In this document: positions 36,990-49,573 of the stretch, piece by piece
Position numbering within the stretch: the stretch's first letter is position 1
Layout of the letters: every line of letters begins with the position of its first letter
Source: Takakia lepidozioides
Lineage: Eukaryota; Plantae; Bryophyta
DNA: 64,000 bases
NCBI GenBank assembly: GCA_030704615.1
Contig: CM060731.1
Span: forward strand, 14,322,001 to 14,386,000
Reading direction: 5' to 3'
Notes under the pieces: model-generated
The model's database searches: none
What the model saw: the letters and a program-made list of their open reading frames with translations, nothing else
What the model was told of the DNA's origin: nothing
Position numbers and translations under genes: made by a program

Positions 36990-37845
36990 TTGCTCTCTTG
37001 CTCTGCGTCTCTCTCTAAGGGAAGTAAAATAAAGAGACTTTCTTCTCTTTCGTATTGTAGAAGGAACCCTCTCCAGCTTGACTACCACTCTCTCTCTAAG
37101 CGCGAAAAGTAGAAAAACACAGTGACTCCCGATTTCTTGCGGGATTGCCTGGGTTCTTGCGTGTCTCTAGAAGCATCGGATTCCCTCTCGCGTGACCGTT
37201 ACACATAGTCGTTCCCTTATTAGTGCACATGCCAGCAATTGGTGTACAGCTGTTTGTATTCAGTTATGGATGTCTGACGTGTGTCGCCCAAAAAAAACGG
37301 CGTGTTCTGTATTAGAACGGTTTCAATATTTAAAAATAACAGCGAATCCCAGAAATCTTGGCGCACAGTCTTACACAAATAAATGTAAATGAACGAGAGT
37401 TTGATGACAAATCTTGGAATATCATACACGGTCATCCTTGTTAGTCAAACCCCACATTCGTTTCACATTTGGAACTTTCCAGGTGCGCATGATCATTGGT
37501 AGTAGTATAAAGATACATTTACTTAATCTGCAATCCCATCCTCAGATCCTGTGGCATGCTTCCAGGAAGTCGGCTTTGTTATTGGGTTTATTGATGAGGT
37601 TCTGGTTAACGGTTTAACAGCTGCCGACACTGCTCCTAGGGATACTCTGACCACTGGGCCCACAAGAAAAGTAATTAAAATGGACGGCTGCATATCTGGA
37701 AAGAATAACATAATATGCACAGTCGTTGTCTGATCTTCCTCCGCCATATTCTCTACTCATTCTTCAACTGTGTTCTAGAGACATCAGTAAACCGATTTAC
37801 ACTAGATTTGCGATAGCAAGGTACAAACGTACGCGAGGAAGGAAG

Positions 37846-40800
37846 ATGGCTTCCTCTGAAGCGGAGTTCTTCTCTGACGACAAACCAGTGCCGCTCTCCC
37901 AGGAAGTCCTTGACAATGGATTTGCAATTGTTCTGGAACATGTCTTGGCTACCCGTTTTCAGCTGCAGAATGACTCCATCTTTTTGGAGAAAGAGGTGTA
38001 CGATCTTAAAGGGAAGTTGTTGAAATACTCTTTCCAAAACCGTGATGAGACGGCTCATATCAGCCAGTGGAGAGTGCGTCCTGGTCGATACAGAGTACTT
38101 GGAGAGCCTCGACGAAAGTCCCTTGGGTCATATGTGACGCCCGGGACTGCTGCTTCGGTTGTTGAAGACAAGAGGGAGGTGGTGGTGAAAAAAGAACAGA
38201 CGTCCTCCACTCCAATCGTTGAGCTTTCGGATTCTTCCGATGATGACATAAGTGAAATTCCAAATCCAGTCTTTCCTACTGTGGTTGGAGAAGCTGATGA
38301 AGAAGAGATTTGTAGTGTCATTCCAAAATTGTGGGCGATGGGAGGAATGGCTGGATTCAAAAGTGAGTTGCGGGGAATTGATTGGGAATCTTTGAAGCAG
38401 GTGCCTGTGAAGTTCTTGCCGGAGACTTTTGATGGCGATATCCTATTCGAGCTGCCTCCTCCTCCGCGAGTTGGAGGTGTAACAATCATGATGCATGGAA
38501 TGGACAATAAACACGACGGGCACACGTGGTGCAGAACAAAAACATCCAATATTCAGATTGATGACAAGCTTGTTTTCAGGAGGACAGTTTGCAATGGACA
38601 CCTTAGGTGTGATAATTTGAATTGCAGACACTTTCTTCAGTCTGGGGTTCATAATCAAAGCGAATGGGAGGGTCTGGCGGAAAATCCATTTCAGCCTGGG
38701 ACTGCCCCTCCACCGGCAAACACTTTCGTCTGCAAATTCTGCAAACTTGTGCCATCCTGCTTGGCGCTCTGCGGAGCAAGAATGTACTATGTTGTGCACC
38801 GTTTGAAAACAATGACAAGAGCTTGTGTGCATTTCGGATTCCATAACCATCCTGTCTCGAAGGGGGATTACAGGGAGAGTGTTGAGACAGTATCGAGGTT
38901 GATCAAACAGGAGTTCGGGAGAAACCCATCCGCAACAACATCTGCAATTGCTCTTGGCGCAAGCAAGTCCTTCTTGGAAAGCCATATTTTGAGTGAAGGA
39001 GATTCTGTGGGGACTAAACTTGACGGTGCAGCATTGGACCTGGTCATGGATCATTTCTCCACTTTAAGTTCACCTAACATTCGGCATCAGATCAATGCAT
39101 TGAGAATGGGCTCTGGGATCAGAGGCTACATAGACAATATTTTGGAATTGAAACGAGTGAGCAAGTACGATTACATCCAGGACAATGTATTCCCAGGTCA
39201 AGGTGCCATCAAAGTTTTTCTTTTCAAAATGTCGACTGTTGGGGAGGGCAGTGGGGTTAGCCTCGTGAAGCGGATGTAGAAGACTGGGGACTTGCAGAAC
39301 TGTTTTCTTATGTTTGATCATGTGAAACGAGTGAAGGATTGGACGACAATGGCTTGTCATGTCTACGATCCAGTGTACCAACGAGTTATGACAATTGCAG
39401 TTTGTGACATGCAATCCGAGGATACAGAATCCCAGAAGCTTATGTGGAATTCCCTGATACGTGTCATGGGCTGCCATGGGTTGCCATCTCCAAATTTCGC
39501 AGGTTTCATGGCGGATAGTGCTCAAGCAAATTTCAATGCTGTTCGTATTGTCTTCGGATCGGGCGACCCAAAAGTGCCTATGCCAGGAAGAGAGCGTACA
39601 TGTCTATTCCATTTGACACAATCTCTGGAAAAACATACAAAGTCGGACATCAAACCAGAGATGCAGACTCAGCACCGTAAATTGTGTAAAGAGTACAAAG
39701 ATGCTAGAACAATGAAGGAGGCGGACACTTTGTTCCAGACAATTCGTGCCTGGTGGTTCTCTTCTGGAGCTGCATCACTTGAGAGTATGAGAGCATTGGA
39801 AGATTGGCTGGCGTTTTGGCACTTCCGGTATAGACAGTGGGGAGCAGCCATGACAATGGTACGAGGCTTCTATTTCATGCTTTATTCATACATTTGCTTT
39901 CCATATTTTTGACTCATTGCTTTCTTTATGTTGTTTCCTGTGCACTGTTCTGAAGTGTGGTTATCCTCTTTGCAGAACATGTCCATTGAGGAAATGGCGG
40001 ACATGCCATCTTGCAATTTGGCAAAAACTGTGCACAACGCATGGTTGCAGCAGTCTGGGAAACGAGGTCGGGATTTGTATGTGGCAACAACAGATGATTT
40101 GATACGTGCCTTGCAACAACAAACCCGATACCGTGATTTCTTACGAGGTGGGGTTGGTGGCAAGGGTCCGGACAAATGGGAGTTGATGCTGCGTGCTGCA
40201 AACAGATCTGGGGATCCAATCAAGATAGCACGGGCGGTGAGCATGTATGCCCAGGGAACGCCACTTGTTTCTAGAGTTCCACATCTTGAAGGGGAGGAGA
40301 GATTCGGCTCCTGTAAGAGGAAATTGAACACTCCACCTGGTTCGGATTCAGATTCCCACAGGGCAGACCGTGATAACTTCTCGAAGCCTCGTGTTCCCCT
40401 GCATGACAGCTCCATGTCCGGAACCTCCATTGTGGAGGAACCTCCAACACGACGGCAAGCTCCAGCATCAAACAGTGCCACTGAAATGGTGCAGGAGAGA
40501 AACAACCCCTTGATGTGCTTGAGTCCGTATGCCCCGACCACGTTTGGCACATAGAACGCACAAGTGTAGGGTCTCGTGTGAAATGTACAGCGATCAGGGC
40601 AACTAATTTCGAGAAGTGCACTTCATCTATATCCAGAGGTGGTGCCCAAACTCCTGCTCCGACTTTCACGGGCTTGATGCGTCCATACGGTCAACCAGAA
40701 GCCAAGAACCACAAGTTCTGGTTCTGCGCAGATGATTGTGCCAGATGTGTGCATGGAACTGTGCGTCCTTCCGTAGTGATGAAGCCATCTCCTCCAACCG

Positions 40801-41360
40801 TTTGGCCCGTGAAGGTGGGAACACATCTCAGCTTTCAGGAGATTGAAATGCTGGAGGAGGCAGGTTTTTCCCTTGCGAGACAACCCCAACTCCATGCATG
40901 TGCTACTACTTCTGCATCCTCCCAGGTCCCCCCCGCAAATTCTGACTTGTGGCCAACCAAACGAGATGGAAAGCTCGTTCGGCGTTTCCCTCCAACCGCC
41001 GAACACTTTGGCAAAGTGGAGTCCGCAAGAATGCTCCAAGCTCGTGTTGGAAGCACCATGGAAGTACCCGATCTAGGATATGGTCGGGTATTCACAATCA
41101 TCACTTCCACATCTGCTGTTCATGACAGGACCTACGACATCACGGTTTCCAATTTCCCCAATTGCACATGTCCTGATTTTGTGAATATGCTATCAACCAG
41201 TTTGGGCAAGAGAGGTAAATTCATACCCTGCAAACATTTGTATTTCATATTTTTGAGGAGGATGGTTTGCGATCCCAAACGTGACAACTTCATTCATCAG
41301 GCCACTATGAGTTTCAACGAGGTCGATACTCTTTTGCAGCGGGATACAACACATGGGTAG
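37846..41360 (+). pseudogene. MULE-type DDE transposase with GCM-like domain and SWIM finger (copy C), nearly intact
   Basis: One intron at 39859-39975; LMFDHVK, FMADSAQANFNAV, RTCLFH and SWIM CTCPDF...CKHLYF. Lesions are TAG at 39277, NLAK instead of NLAE (40024-40026) and a frameshift near 40515-40550. Confidence 0.92.
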
Positions 41361-42391
41361 CATGAACTATGTAATGTGGTATGTGGATGACCATGATTTG
41401 AAATGTGTAATTCACATCAATTCGTCGGCTGTGCAATGATATGGCCTCCAACTATACGGAGTGAGCTCTGAGTGACAACTTTTAGGTAGTGCACATTTGT
41501 CATTGCACCGTTCGAAGTCTACATGTCTTGCTGTCGCTATGCACTACAATCATCTTTTGAAGATGATCCTAACTCTCATTGTTATTTGAGGAGGGAGGAA
41601 GGTCTTCCCGTGGCAGCCTTTATGGCGCACACTTTGTGAGGATATTTTGTCGTCCTCGTAATTGTAAAAGTGAAACAAGCATTTGTAATTGCACAATGTT
41701 GGATGCTGCAATTGTAGGCCTCAACGCTCGTCTTGATTATATTTAGGCAAGATTCCCTGCATTAATTCCACGGTCATAAGACCATCCACGGTTATAGGCA
41801 ACGCATGTTAATGCTGACGTGGCAGATGACGGACAGTGCCACATCATCATTTACCGCCACATCAGCATGCTGACATGACGCTCACGCCACGTCACTCCTG
41901 CGTGAGCGTACGCTCGCGCGCTCACGCGCAACGCTCACGCGCAACGCTCACGCCATTGCGTCGTTGTCAAAGCCTCATGTGCCACTGCAAAAGGCGGTGC
42001 AAGTCTGCTTAAATGGAGGTGCATGACACGGATACTAGGCGGGTAAGCGAAACCTAAATGAGAGTCCCCTCCATAGCTTGACCCCTTGGCGAAAGCGGGA
42101 AGACTTTGAACCCAAGGCTTTGCTCCTTGCGCTGGCAGGGTGGTAGGTTTTTAGAAATTGATAGGCAAGATCATCTGGATCTAACGAACCCAATTGGCAT
42201 GTGGCTCTTTCCCTGTGCGACAGTTGTATAAGCAACGTCCTCATTGCAGCGACATGATGGCATTAGGGAGGGCATAATGCGAAACAATGCCATATTTTAA
42301 CCCATAATTCCTTTGCAAATTTCGTGAGGCCAATTTCTGGATCGAAAAGTGGCAAAATTTCGCGCAAAAAAAAAAACGCTGGTTGGACCTA

Positions 42392-43215
42392 CCGTACTTA
42401 CCTAGCTTATTAGGCAATAATTAATTCAAAATCAGGTGCCTAACTATATTTAGAACATTTTTGGAAAATGTGCCTAAAACCTGGAAAAACTCCTGAGAAG
42501 TGCCTAATTGCTCAAAATTGCTCAAAATTGCTCAAAAATCCAAAATGTCCAAACATGTGGAAAAAATGCCTAAATTATTTTATTTAAAGTCCAAAAAATG
42601 GCAAAAATGCCTACAATTTAGATTTTCCATGTCCACACAACTTCCAAAGGGCCATGCGACATCTTCATAAGTCTCATCACCTACCTCATGTGAATCTTCT
42701 GATTCTGAGAGAAGGTTAAGGTCAGGAACATCACGATCCTCGATATGCATGTTTGCAAGACATCAGCTAATGCTCTCAATGACACTTCCATCAAGGTAGA
42801 TATCAAGAACATCCTCCATGGCAAGATCTCCTTCCACTTGGGTGTTTGGGTTTGAAAACAAAGAAAATGTAAAATTGGCTCTCATTGCCTCACCTTGAAA
42901 GGCATCTTCAAATGCTCGTAAAATTCCACAAAGTCTCCAACTTGACAAAATCATCTCCTGTTGGCACTTCACCTCCACCCAAGACTCATACAACCAACAT
43001 TATGTGTTTTTTTAAATAAAATAACCTCAACCATAGTTTTTGAGGGAGGTCTAAAACAATTGTTCATCGTTATCCAGGGTCGACTGAAATACATGCCTAA
43101 TATTTGGAAATTACCTAGTTGAGGTGCCTAAATAATAAAAACGAATCTGCCTAATAATATTCCATTTTAATTAATTAATAGGCGCGGAAGTGCCTAATAA
43201 GCTAGGTGAGTATGG
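42392..43215 (-). mobile_element. Non-autonomous pogo-like (Tc1/mariner) deletion derivative
   Basis: TA|CCGTACTTACCTAGCTTATTAGGCA ... TGCCTAATAAGCTAGGTGAGTATGG|TA (25-bp TIR, 2 mismatches, TA TSD). The internal relic YESWVEV...MILSSWRLCGILRAF resembles a pogo transposase C-terminus. Confidence 0.85.
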
Positions 43216-44150
43216 TATATACCAGTCCAACATTGGTATCTACATAGCACAATGTGCAAACGTGACGTGGCGTGAACATGTCATGTCAAAAATTGACTTT
43301 ACTTTGTGTATTTTTTACCGTTTGCTGTACATAATTAACCTTCTAGAAACGTAAAAAGCCAGCATTTCAAAACATTTTTGAAAAAAATGGTCCGCCAACA
43401 CAATTTTTCAATCCATAAGTGCATAATCTCAGCATTATGTGAAATGTCCAAGAGCTCATCTGAATACATGTGCACTAGACAACAACTTTGGAAGTGGGCG
43501 CTCATCTGCACAAGTAAGCTCTTAAGGTTTATTCTGGAGAGCACACTACTCTTACATACTTTGTGTGGGAGAGAAGCAAGTTTGCACTTGTTTGAAGTCT
43601 GCCTATCTTATTCTTCTGGAGTGAGCAAGTTGCTAGATTGAGCTAGTAGTTATAGCTTCTGGCAAACTGGTGCATGGAAGTGTTGGAATGTCAGTAGGCA
43701 TGGGCACTTCCTGGCCAACAATCAAAAGAAATTGAGCATGACAACAGCCAACAGCTTGAAGCAGTACACACAAACACACAAAGCATGTTCAAGACCATGA
43801 CACAAACAAACAACTCAATGACATTTAAAATAACTAGGACTACGTGATGATCCATGTTATCTGTTGGGTACTTGTGCATCGGAATGGGACTTTTCCCTTT
43901 AGGTGGGTTGAGGATCACCTCTTTGAAGATACACAGATATGAGCAAGACCACAACCAAAGTCTCATACATGGAAAGTATTCATGACACAATTAGTGTGTG
44001 CATATTTGAATTGCAATCACAAAACTTTGGCTATATTTTCTAAAGTTTAGGTGTGATGTTGCATGTCTGAGAATGTTTGCCTTCACAATGTTGCTTGCAG
44101 TAGTTATAACCATTTGAAGCAGCTTGCACAAACCATAGATGCTGCGAACG

Positions 44151-47100
44151 TTAATGCCTCCATTTCTTTGAATATCCCTCCTCCATGGCCGGCTCGAGAA
44201 ACCCTCGAAACTGCAAGTCAACCAAGGTTTCCCAATCACCATTGAAGGTCCTCCTTCACAAAACCCAAGGAGTTTTCCCTCTATCCTCACCTTATACTAC
44301 TAATGCACAATCCTTCCTTATCTTTGGGGTTCATGCAATCCTCATTAATACCCATTCGTGCATAAAGATTTATTCCTGTCCCCCCTCTTCCCTCCCCTGC
44401 TTTTGTTTCACCAAAGTAATACCAAGACATTATGTTTCTAGTAACTAAAATGCAATGAGGATCCAATCATATTTTTGTGGACAGCAATGAGGGTACCTTC
44501 TATTCAAAAAACAGAAGCTTCTGAGTACCTGACTCCCATCAGCCAGCCAGCGTGCACCATATCCCTCGATGACACGGATTTCAAAAATGGGGAAAGGGGC
44601 CTGGTGGACATTTACCCATATCGCATGCTTCATCAGGTGCTGTAGCATTGTCATTGCAAGTGCATTTTTTTCCACCTCTGCCCCGCCCCACAATAACCTT
44701 CCAAATTACTTGTGATTGAGGGTGAATGGGTGAAACTCTGAGTCATGTCCTTCCGAGCTCACTGTTGTGCCCAACATGTGAGCACTGATTTTTGAATTCA
44801 GGACAATCTCCATGCTTTCTACCGATTGATAGCAAATTTATGAAACACCATGTAGTGCAAACTAAAAACTAACAACTATCACAGATGTGTTAATTAGAGT
44901 CTTTTACGACCCCATCCCCCAATGAGAGAGTTTGCATTTCAAGCAGTTGCCATCCATTACAATGATCCTTGCTGGGAGTCTTGTAAAAAACTGTCTTTAT
45001 ACATTTATACATCAGTTCCAAGCAGGAACAAATAAAACACTTCTGATGTATTGATGGGAAACGGAAATACAATCAGGTGTACCGGTTCCAGAGATGACGC
45101 CCCACCAGCCACAGCTGCTACGGTGCACATGCTTGGCAAGTGCTCGAGCTCCCACAGTCAACCGACTGCCTGCCACCTCCAACCCTCCCAATTTGTAGAT
45201 GTCACCAATGTGCACAAAGACAGATGGGTAGAAGAGCCCTCACTAATGGTATATGCAGCAAAGCTCAGTTACCATTAACACAACCCATAGGGCTTCCCTT
45301 GTTGCTTAGCAGCTACATTGCCTATCTCTGGTGCATTGATGTGGCCTACCTCACCTAGTTACTCCCCTAAAAACATTAAGACAAGCAAGACAACATAGCA
45401 TATCTCAATGCACACATCATCGAGTGCATGGTCCAAGCCACCAAGCTCTCAAAGTGACCTACATCATTCTCCCCCTACACAAGTATTCTTTCAGATAGAG
45501 TAGGGACTTACATTTGGGCTATGCAGCATCGAAAAAGATGAAACAAGTGCTGATTTAGGAGGCGGAAGTGATTCCTTCATGGTTCCTTCTGTGGACCGCA
45601 TGCCCAACAAGGATCTAATACCATCAACACCAAGGTCCTGCTGTCCAATCCAGAATGAGGCTAAAAGTTAGCATATGATTATGTTTAACACTGCTCATCA
45701 AGTGACCGCCACAACCCTGGTAAAGATTGCCGCTGGAACACAAATGATTTCATGTCCGATTGTCTCTGGGAATCGTAATAGAAAGAAAGAATCTACTCAT
45801 AAGACGACGTTTGCCTGTTCCAGTTTGGGCAGAAGAAGAGGAACAGACACTACCTTGATGAGGGGCTCAGTCCAGTAGTGGGACATTACCTTGATATAAC
45901 AATTTGTTTGGGCTTTCCAGATTTCCTCTAGAAAGCCCTTCACATGAGCATCAAGCTGCTGTCTGCTTATCAATTGAAAGGGAGGGAGAGAGAGAGGAGA
46001 GGATTCGGTAAAACTGGAAACCAGCAACTGAACTGCTCAGAAGCACATTTCAATTTGAAGTTGGAATAGGAGACAACCTAGGATGGAAACATAATGAACC
46101 CTTAATGTCAATGATACATGGAACCTACAGTACTAACATTCAACATGTCAGACAAAAGCTCCATGGGTTGCCTTTGAACATAAGGCCGAGAAACATGAAT
46201 GGCCAACACTCCATTTGCTTGCTCCTTTTCTTCCGTGTAAAATTGCCTGTAAACCTGCACACCTACATGTACAAAGAAACCATCACTGTCATAGCAACAT
46301 ATCACGAGCTCAAACTAATTACAGCTGCTTTGTGTCCCAACTCAATGCAGTCTTAGGTGAATAAACACCTTGATACTTTTGTAGCTGCTTTACGTTTGAA
46401 CATGCAGTGTTTGCCAAAACATGGCGTCGAGTGCTGCCTATAGGTCAGGAATTCCATTTGGTGTCTTACAAGACATCATCCATGAAACAGTCTGCTGGAA
46501 AGGTGGAGTCCTGGTGATGAAGATGGTAGGACCTCATAAGAAAAAAAAGCAATGGGTATCTACCTCTGGTAATAGTTGTGATCCCAGGAAGCACTTTGTC
46601 AAGGTCGTTACTGTCCAGCATATCCTTGAATGTAGGATACCAATCTGTAGCCTGCAACATAACAGAACAACACTTACCAGATACATTTCCGGTTGACATA
46701 CAACAAAACTTACATCCAAGTCTATATCCTCATGGGCAGGGCAGTAGTTCTAGCAGTGTTCCATGGACACCCAAATGACCATTGACCTGGGAGTGGGGCT
46801 CAGTCAATGTACATTGTAGACAATGATCTGTTGCCTGGCTGGAAATGAACAGTTTACTTCTCCTACAGGCAGAGGTCGTATTGGCAGTTGGCATGCATTA
46901 ATGAGGAAGGGTGCTTGACCACCCATGAAAAATTTCCTAGTGAAGGATACGGTGAGATACAACCCAACAAACCCATGCTGCAGTGTGCAAGTGTGAACAG
47001 ATGAAAGCCCTACCAGGGCCAAGTACAAGAGGCGATTCAAATTGGGACAGATCAATTTCAGAAAGGGTAGAATCTATCATTTCCAAGAAACCCATTAGAG

Positions 47101-49268
47101 CCTGTACCATTAACCACTCAAAGTGATAAAAACGGTTCAACCTATTTCTATTTGGCTTGGGGGTACCAACCAAGAGATGCAGTCCCATACAGCTTAGTGG
47201 TGAATTTGTGAGGCAACAAGAGAATCCAAAAAAAAAGACAAAAATGAGTAAAGGGAATCACCTGAACTTGTAGCAACAGAGTTTCATTTACCAGTAGTAG
47301 GTCTCCAATCCGAAGACTGTAGAATGCACACATCAATATCTACTTATGAGGATGTAAGAAGGAACCTAATACTGAGAAGAGATGTGCATTTAGATGTGAA
47401 AAAAATGGTCAATTGTTGGGATCCTACCCACAAATTGATGACTTCTAGTCAAGAGATAAAGTAAATGCAATCACTGATTTTCCTTGCCATGGCCTGGGAC
47501 AACATGCACGAACATATGTATAAGTGAAACTCATATAGGTCAGCATGCATTTGTAGTGGTCATGGTTGATGATACATTCGTGCTTAGGCACTGCCTTTCA
47601 CAATAAACTAATCTCGCAAATCAGAGGATATATGATTCTCACCTCCTATAAGTGTTGGTAGCACATCGACCTTCAACTGTCTTTGATCCATCTGTACCAC
47701 GAACATAGTAGAATACATCTAAAGACTCACACTTCAAGACAAACAGAATAGACTTGAAAAGATCAAAACATAATCTATCTGTACTAGATTTTACTTAAAT
47801 CGCAGACACATAACCTTACCTGGCTATTAATTATTTCTGAGAAGATGGATGTAGTGTTGGGACAAAGGGGAAGTGGACCTCTGAGTGAAGAGTAGCACGG
47901 CTCCTGCACGTGCAACTGCATCGTCACTCCTTGCCACAACTGACCCACCCGAGTGAAAAACCACCAGAATGTCACGACCGCTGCAAATCAACTTGCTTTA
48001 CACACTACCGATAGAGCCCTCTGAAAAACAACAGACACTTGCAATTGATTCGTGAAGCTTTGTAGGGAAGTGAATGTAATTGCCTAGTTCAAAACAGACA
48101 TGTAACAAAGAGGGTACCTCAAGAAGCACAGAGCCCCTTGAGACCACACTTCGGGTTTTGCCATCAATGTCTGACTTCCATGATATGTCTTCCTTAATGC
48201 CCGGCATAGGAGGGAGGCTATGAGGAAAATTCCCCGTGGTGATCCAAGTGTACAAGGCAGTAGCCAGGTGAACATATAAGGGATAATCTGGGACCCCTTC
48301 TTTGATACGTCCTGTCGAGCTACCTGCAATGGCAAACACTTGGGAGTAGGCAAAGGGAGCTTCTGAATTCTAGAAATCCTCTTGTCCTTGGGAGGTCTGA
48401 AACCCTTGCCACAATCACAGCTCATGCTGCATGATCTTACTTGTAACTGCTCAACCAACCTTATACCTAGAAAACCTCAAGGCCAGTTGACGTGTCAAGT
48501 GACAAATTAGTCCATTCCAAATTCCCATACATTTCCAGCTGGGACACTGTAGGATGTAGACTTTTCGCAACACTAATTTTCTCGAGACTGGAATGGAATT
48601 GAGAGAAATTTAACAGCCCTTTGATTTTCCAAAGATTTCTTCTGTCTTAATGTCTCTCCTGTCTGACTAGGTTTTCTTTCTTGTGTGTCTCGCACCAACA
48701 TGCCCAGATAGTCAAAGCAGGGGAAGATCATAAAAATCTTAATGTGCTACGTCGTCAAAGCTTCGTCGTCAAACTAAGCTGGGCCAAAGCAGCAACTAAA
48801 GTAGGGCTTAATTACAGAAAAAAACTTTAATTTAGCTGCGCAGAGTAAACTATCACTCCACAAAAACGTGTGAAGTCTGGAATCAGAGAAACTGATATCG
48901 AGGAATAAAACACCATGGCACCAAATGCAAACATCAAAATGCGTAGGGAAAGAGGAAGAGGCCCAACCGAAAGACGAAGATAGAATGGGAGGATTCTCTA
49001 AGCATCGGGGAAAACAGGTGCCACTTGGAACAAAATCCTGACTCGAGTCACACACAGTAGTACCTGCACGATTACCATCGCCAGTGTCCAATTGCAAGAG
49101 CGCTGCACAGAACGACGCGGGGAATGCCTGAGTTCGACCCTGATGTTCCGGCGAGAGCAGCAATCGCAGAAGCGAAGTCAGAGATGCCAGGGGATCTACA
49201 GCGGGTGTCCTATGTGGAGGGGATTCAGGAACAGAATGCTCAAGAGAGGGAGAGTCATTCAGCTCCAT
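44151..49268 (-). CDS. ASCH-domain (PUA-like RNA-binding) protein, multi-exon
   Basis: Exons give GVPDYPLYVHLATAL, LHVQEP, KTVEGRC, GDLLLVN, FKDML...VLPG, VYRQFYTEEKEQANGVLAI, LTVGARALAKH, FEIRVIEGYGARW and FRGFLEP...KWRH*. Exact exon boundaries are not all resolved. Confidence 0.85.
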
Positions 49269-49573
49269 CGCGCAACCCTACCCCGGCCTCGCAAAGAGCG
49301 CTCTCTCTATTCAAGCTACTTTTAGGGCAAATTCAAATTCAAATTCAAATTGTACCGTTAGATCCTCTGAGGTTCATTTCTAGATCAAATTGTGACCGTC
49401 CATATGAATATCGCACGGCTGAAAATACATCGGAAACATAAACAATTAATATGACAGAGGGTCATGACGACCGGGTGACCGGCCAAGCCGTCGGGTGTCT
49501 CTCTCGCTGGGATCTGGTCTGTCTGGGTTGGTGAGTGTGGGTGCAGGCTCTGGAGCAGGTGCTGGTCAGTGCG

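Larger units (their letters stand above)
31535..41966 (+). mobile_element. Two-gene MULE-like element, copy C, both termini present
   Basis: 9-bp TSD TCAAAGCCT (31526-31534, 41967-41975; the direct repeat extends to 11 bp). Imperfect TIR CAGGGATGCCTCGGCGTGAGC vs reverse complement CAACGACGCAATGGCGTGAGC (15/21). GCCACGTCA and CTCACGC subterminal repeats; divergent partner and transposase genes. Confidence 0.88.

Noticed and set aside
31130-43320. An older TIR element enclosing copy C and the pogo element (GGACCCAACGTTTTTT vs AAAAAACGCTGGTTGGACC)
   Set aside because: The similarity is short and low-complexity; no defined termini or TSD.
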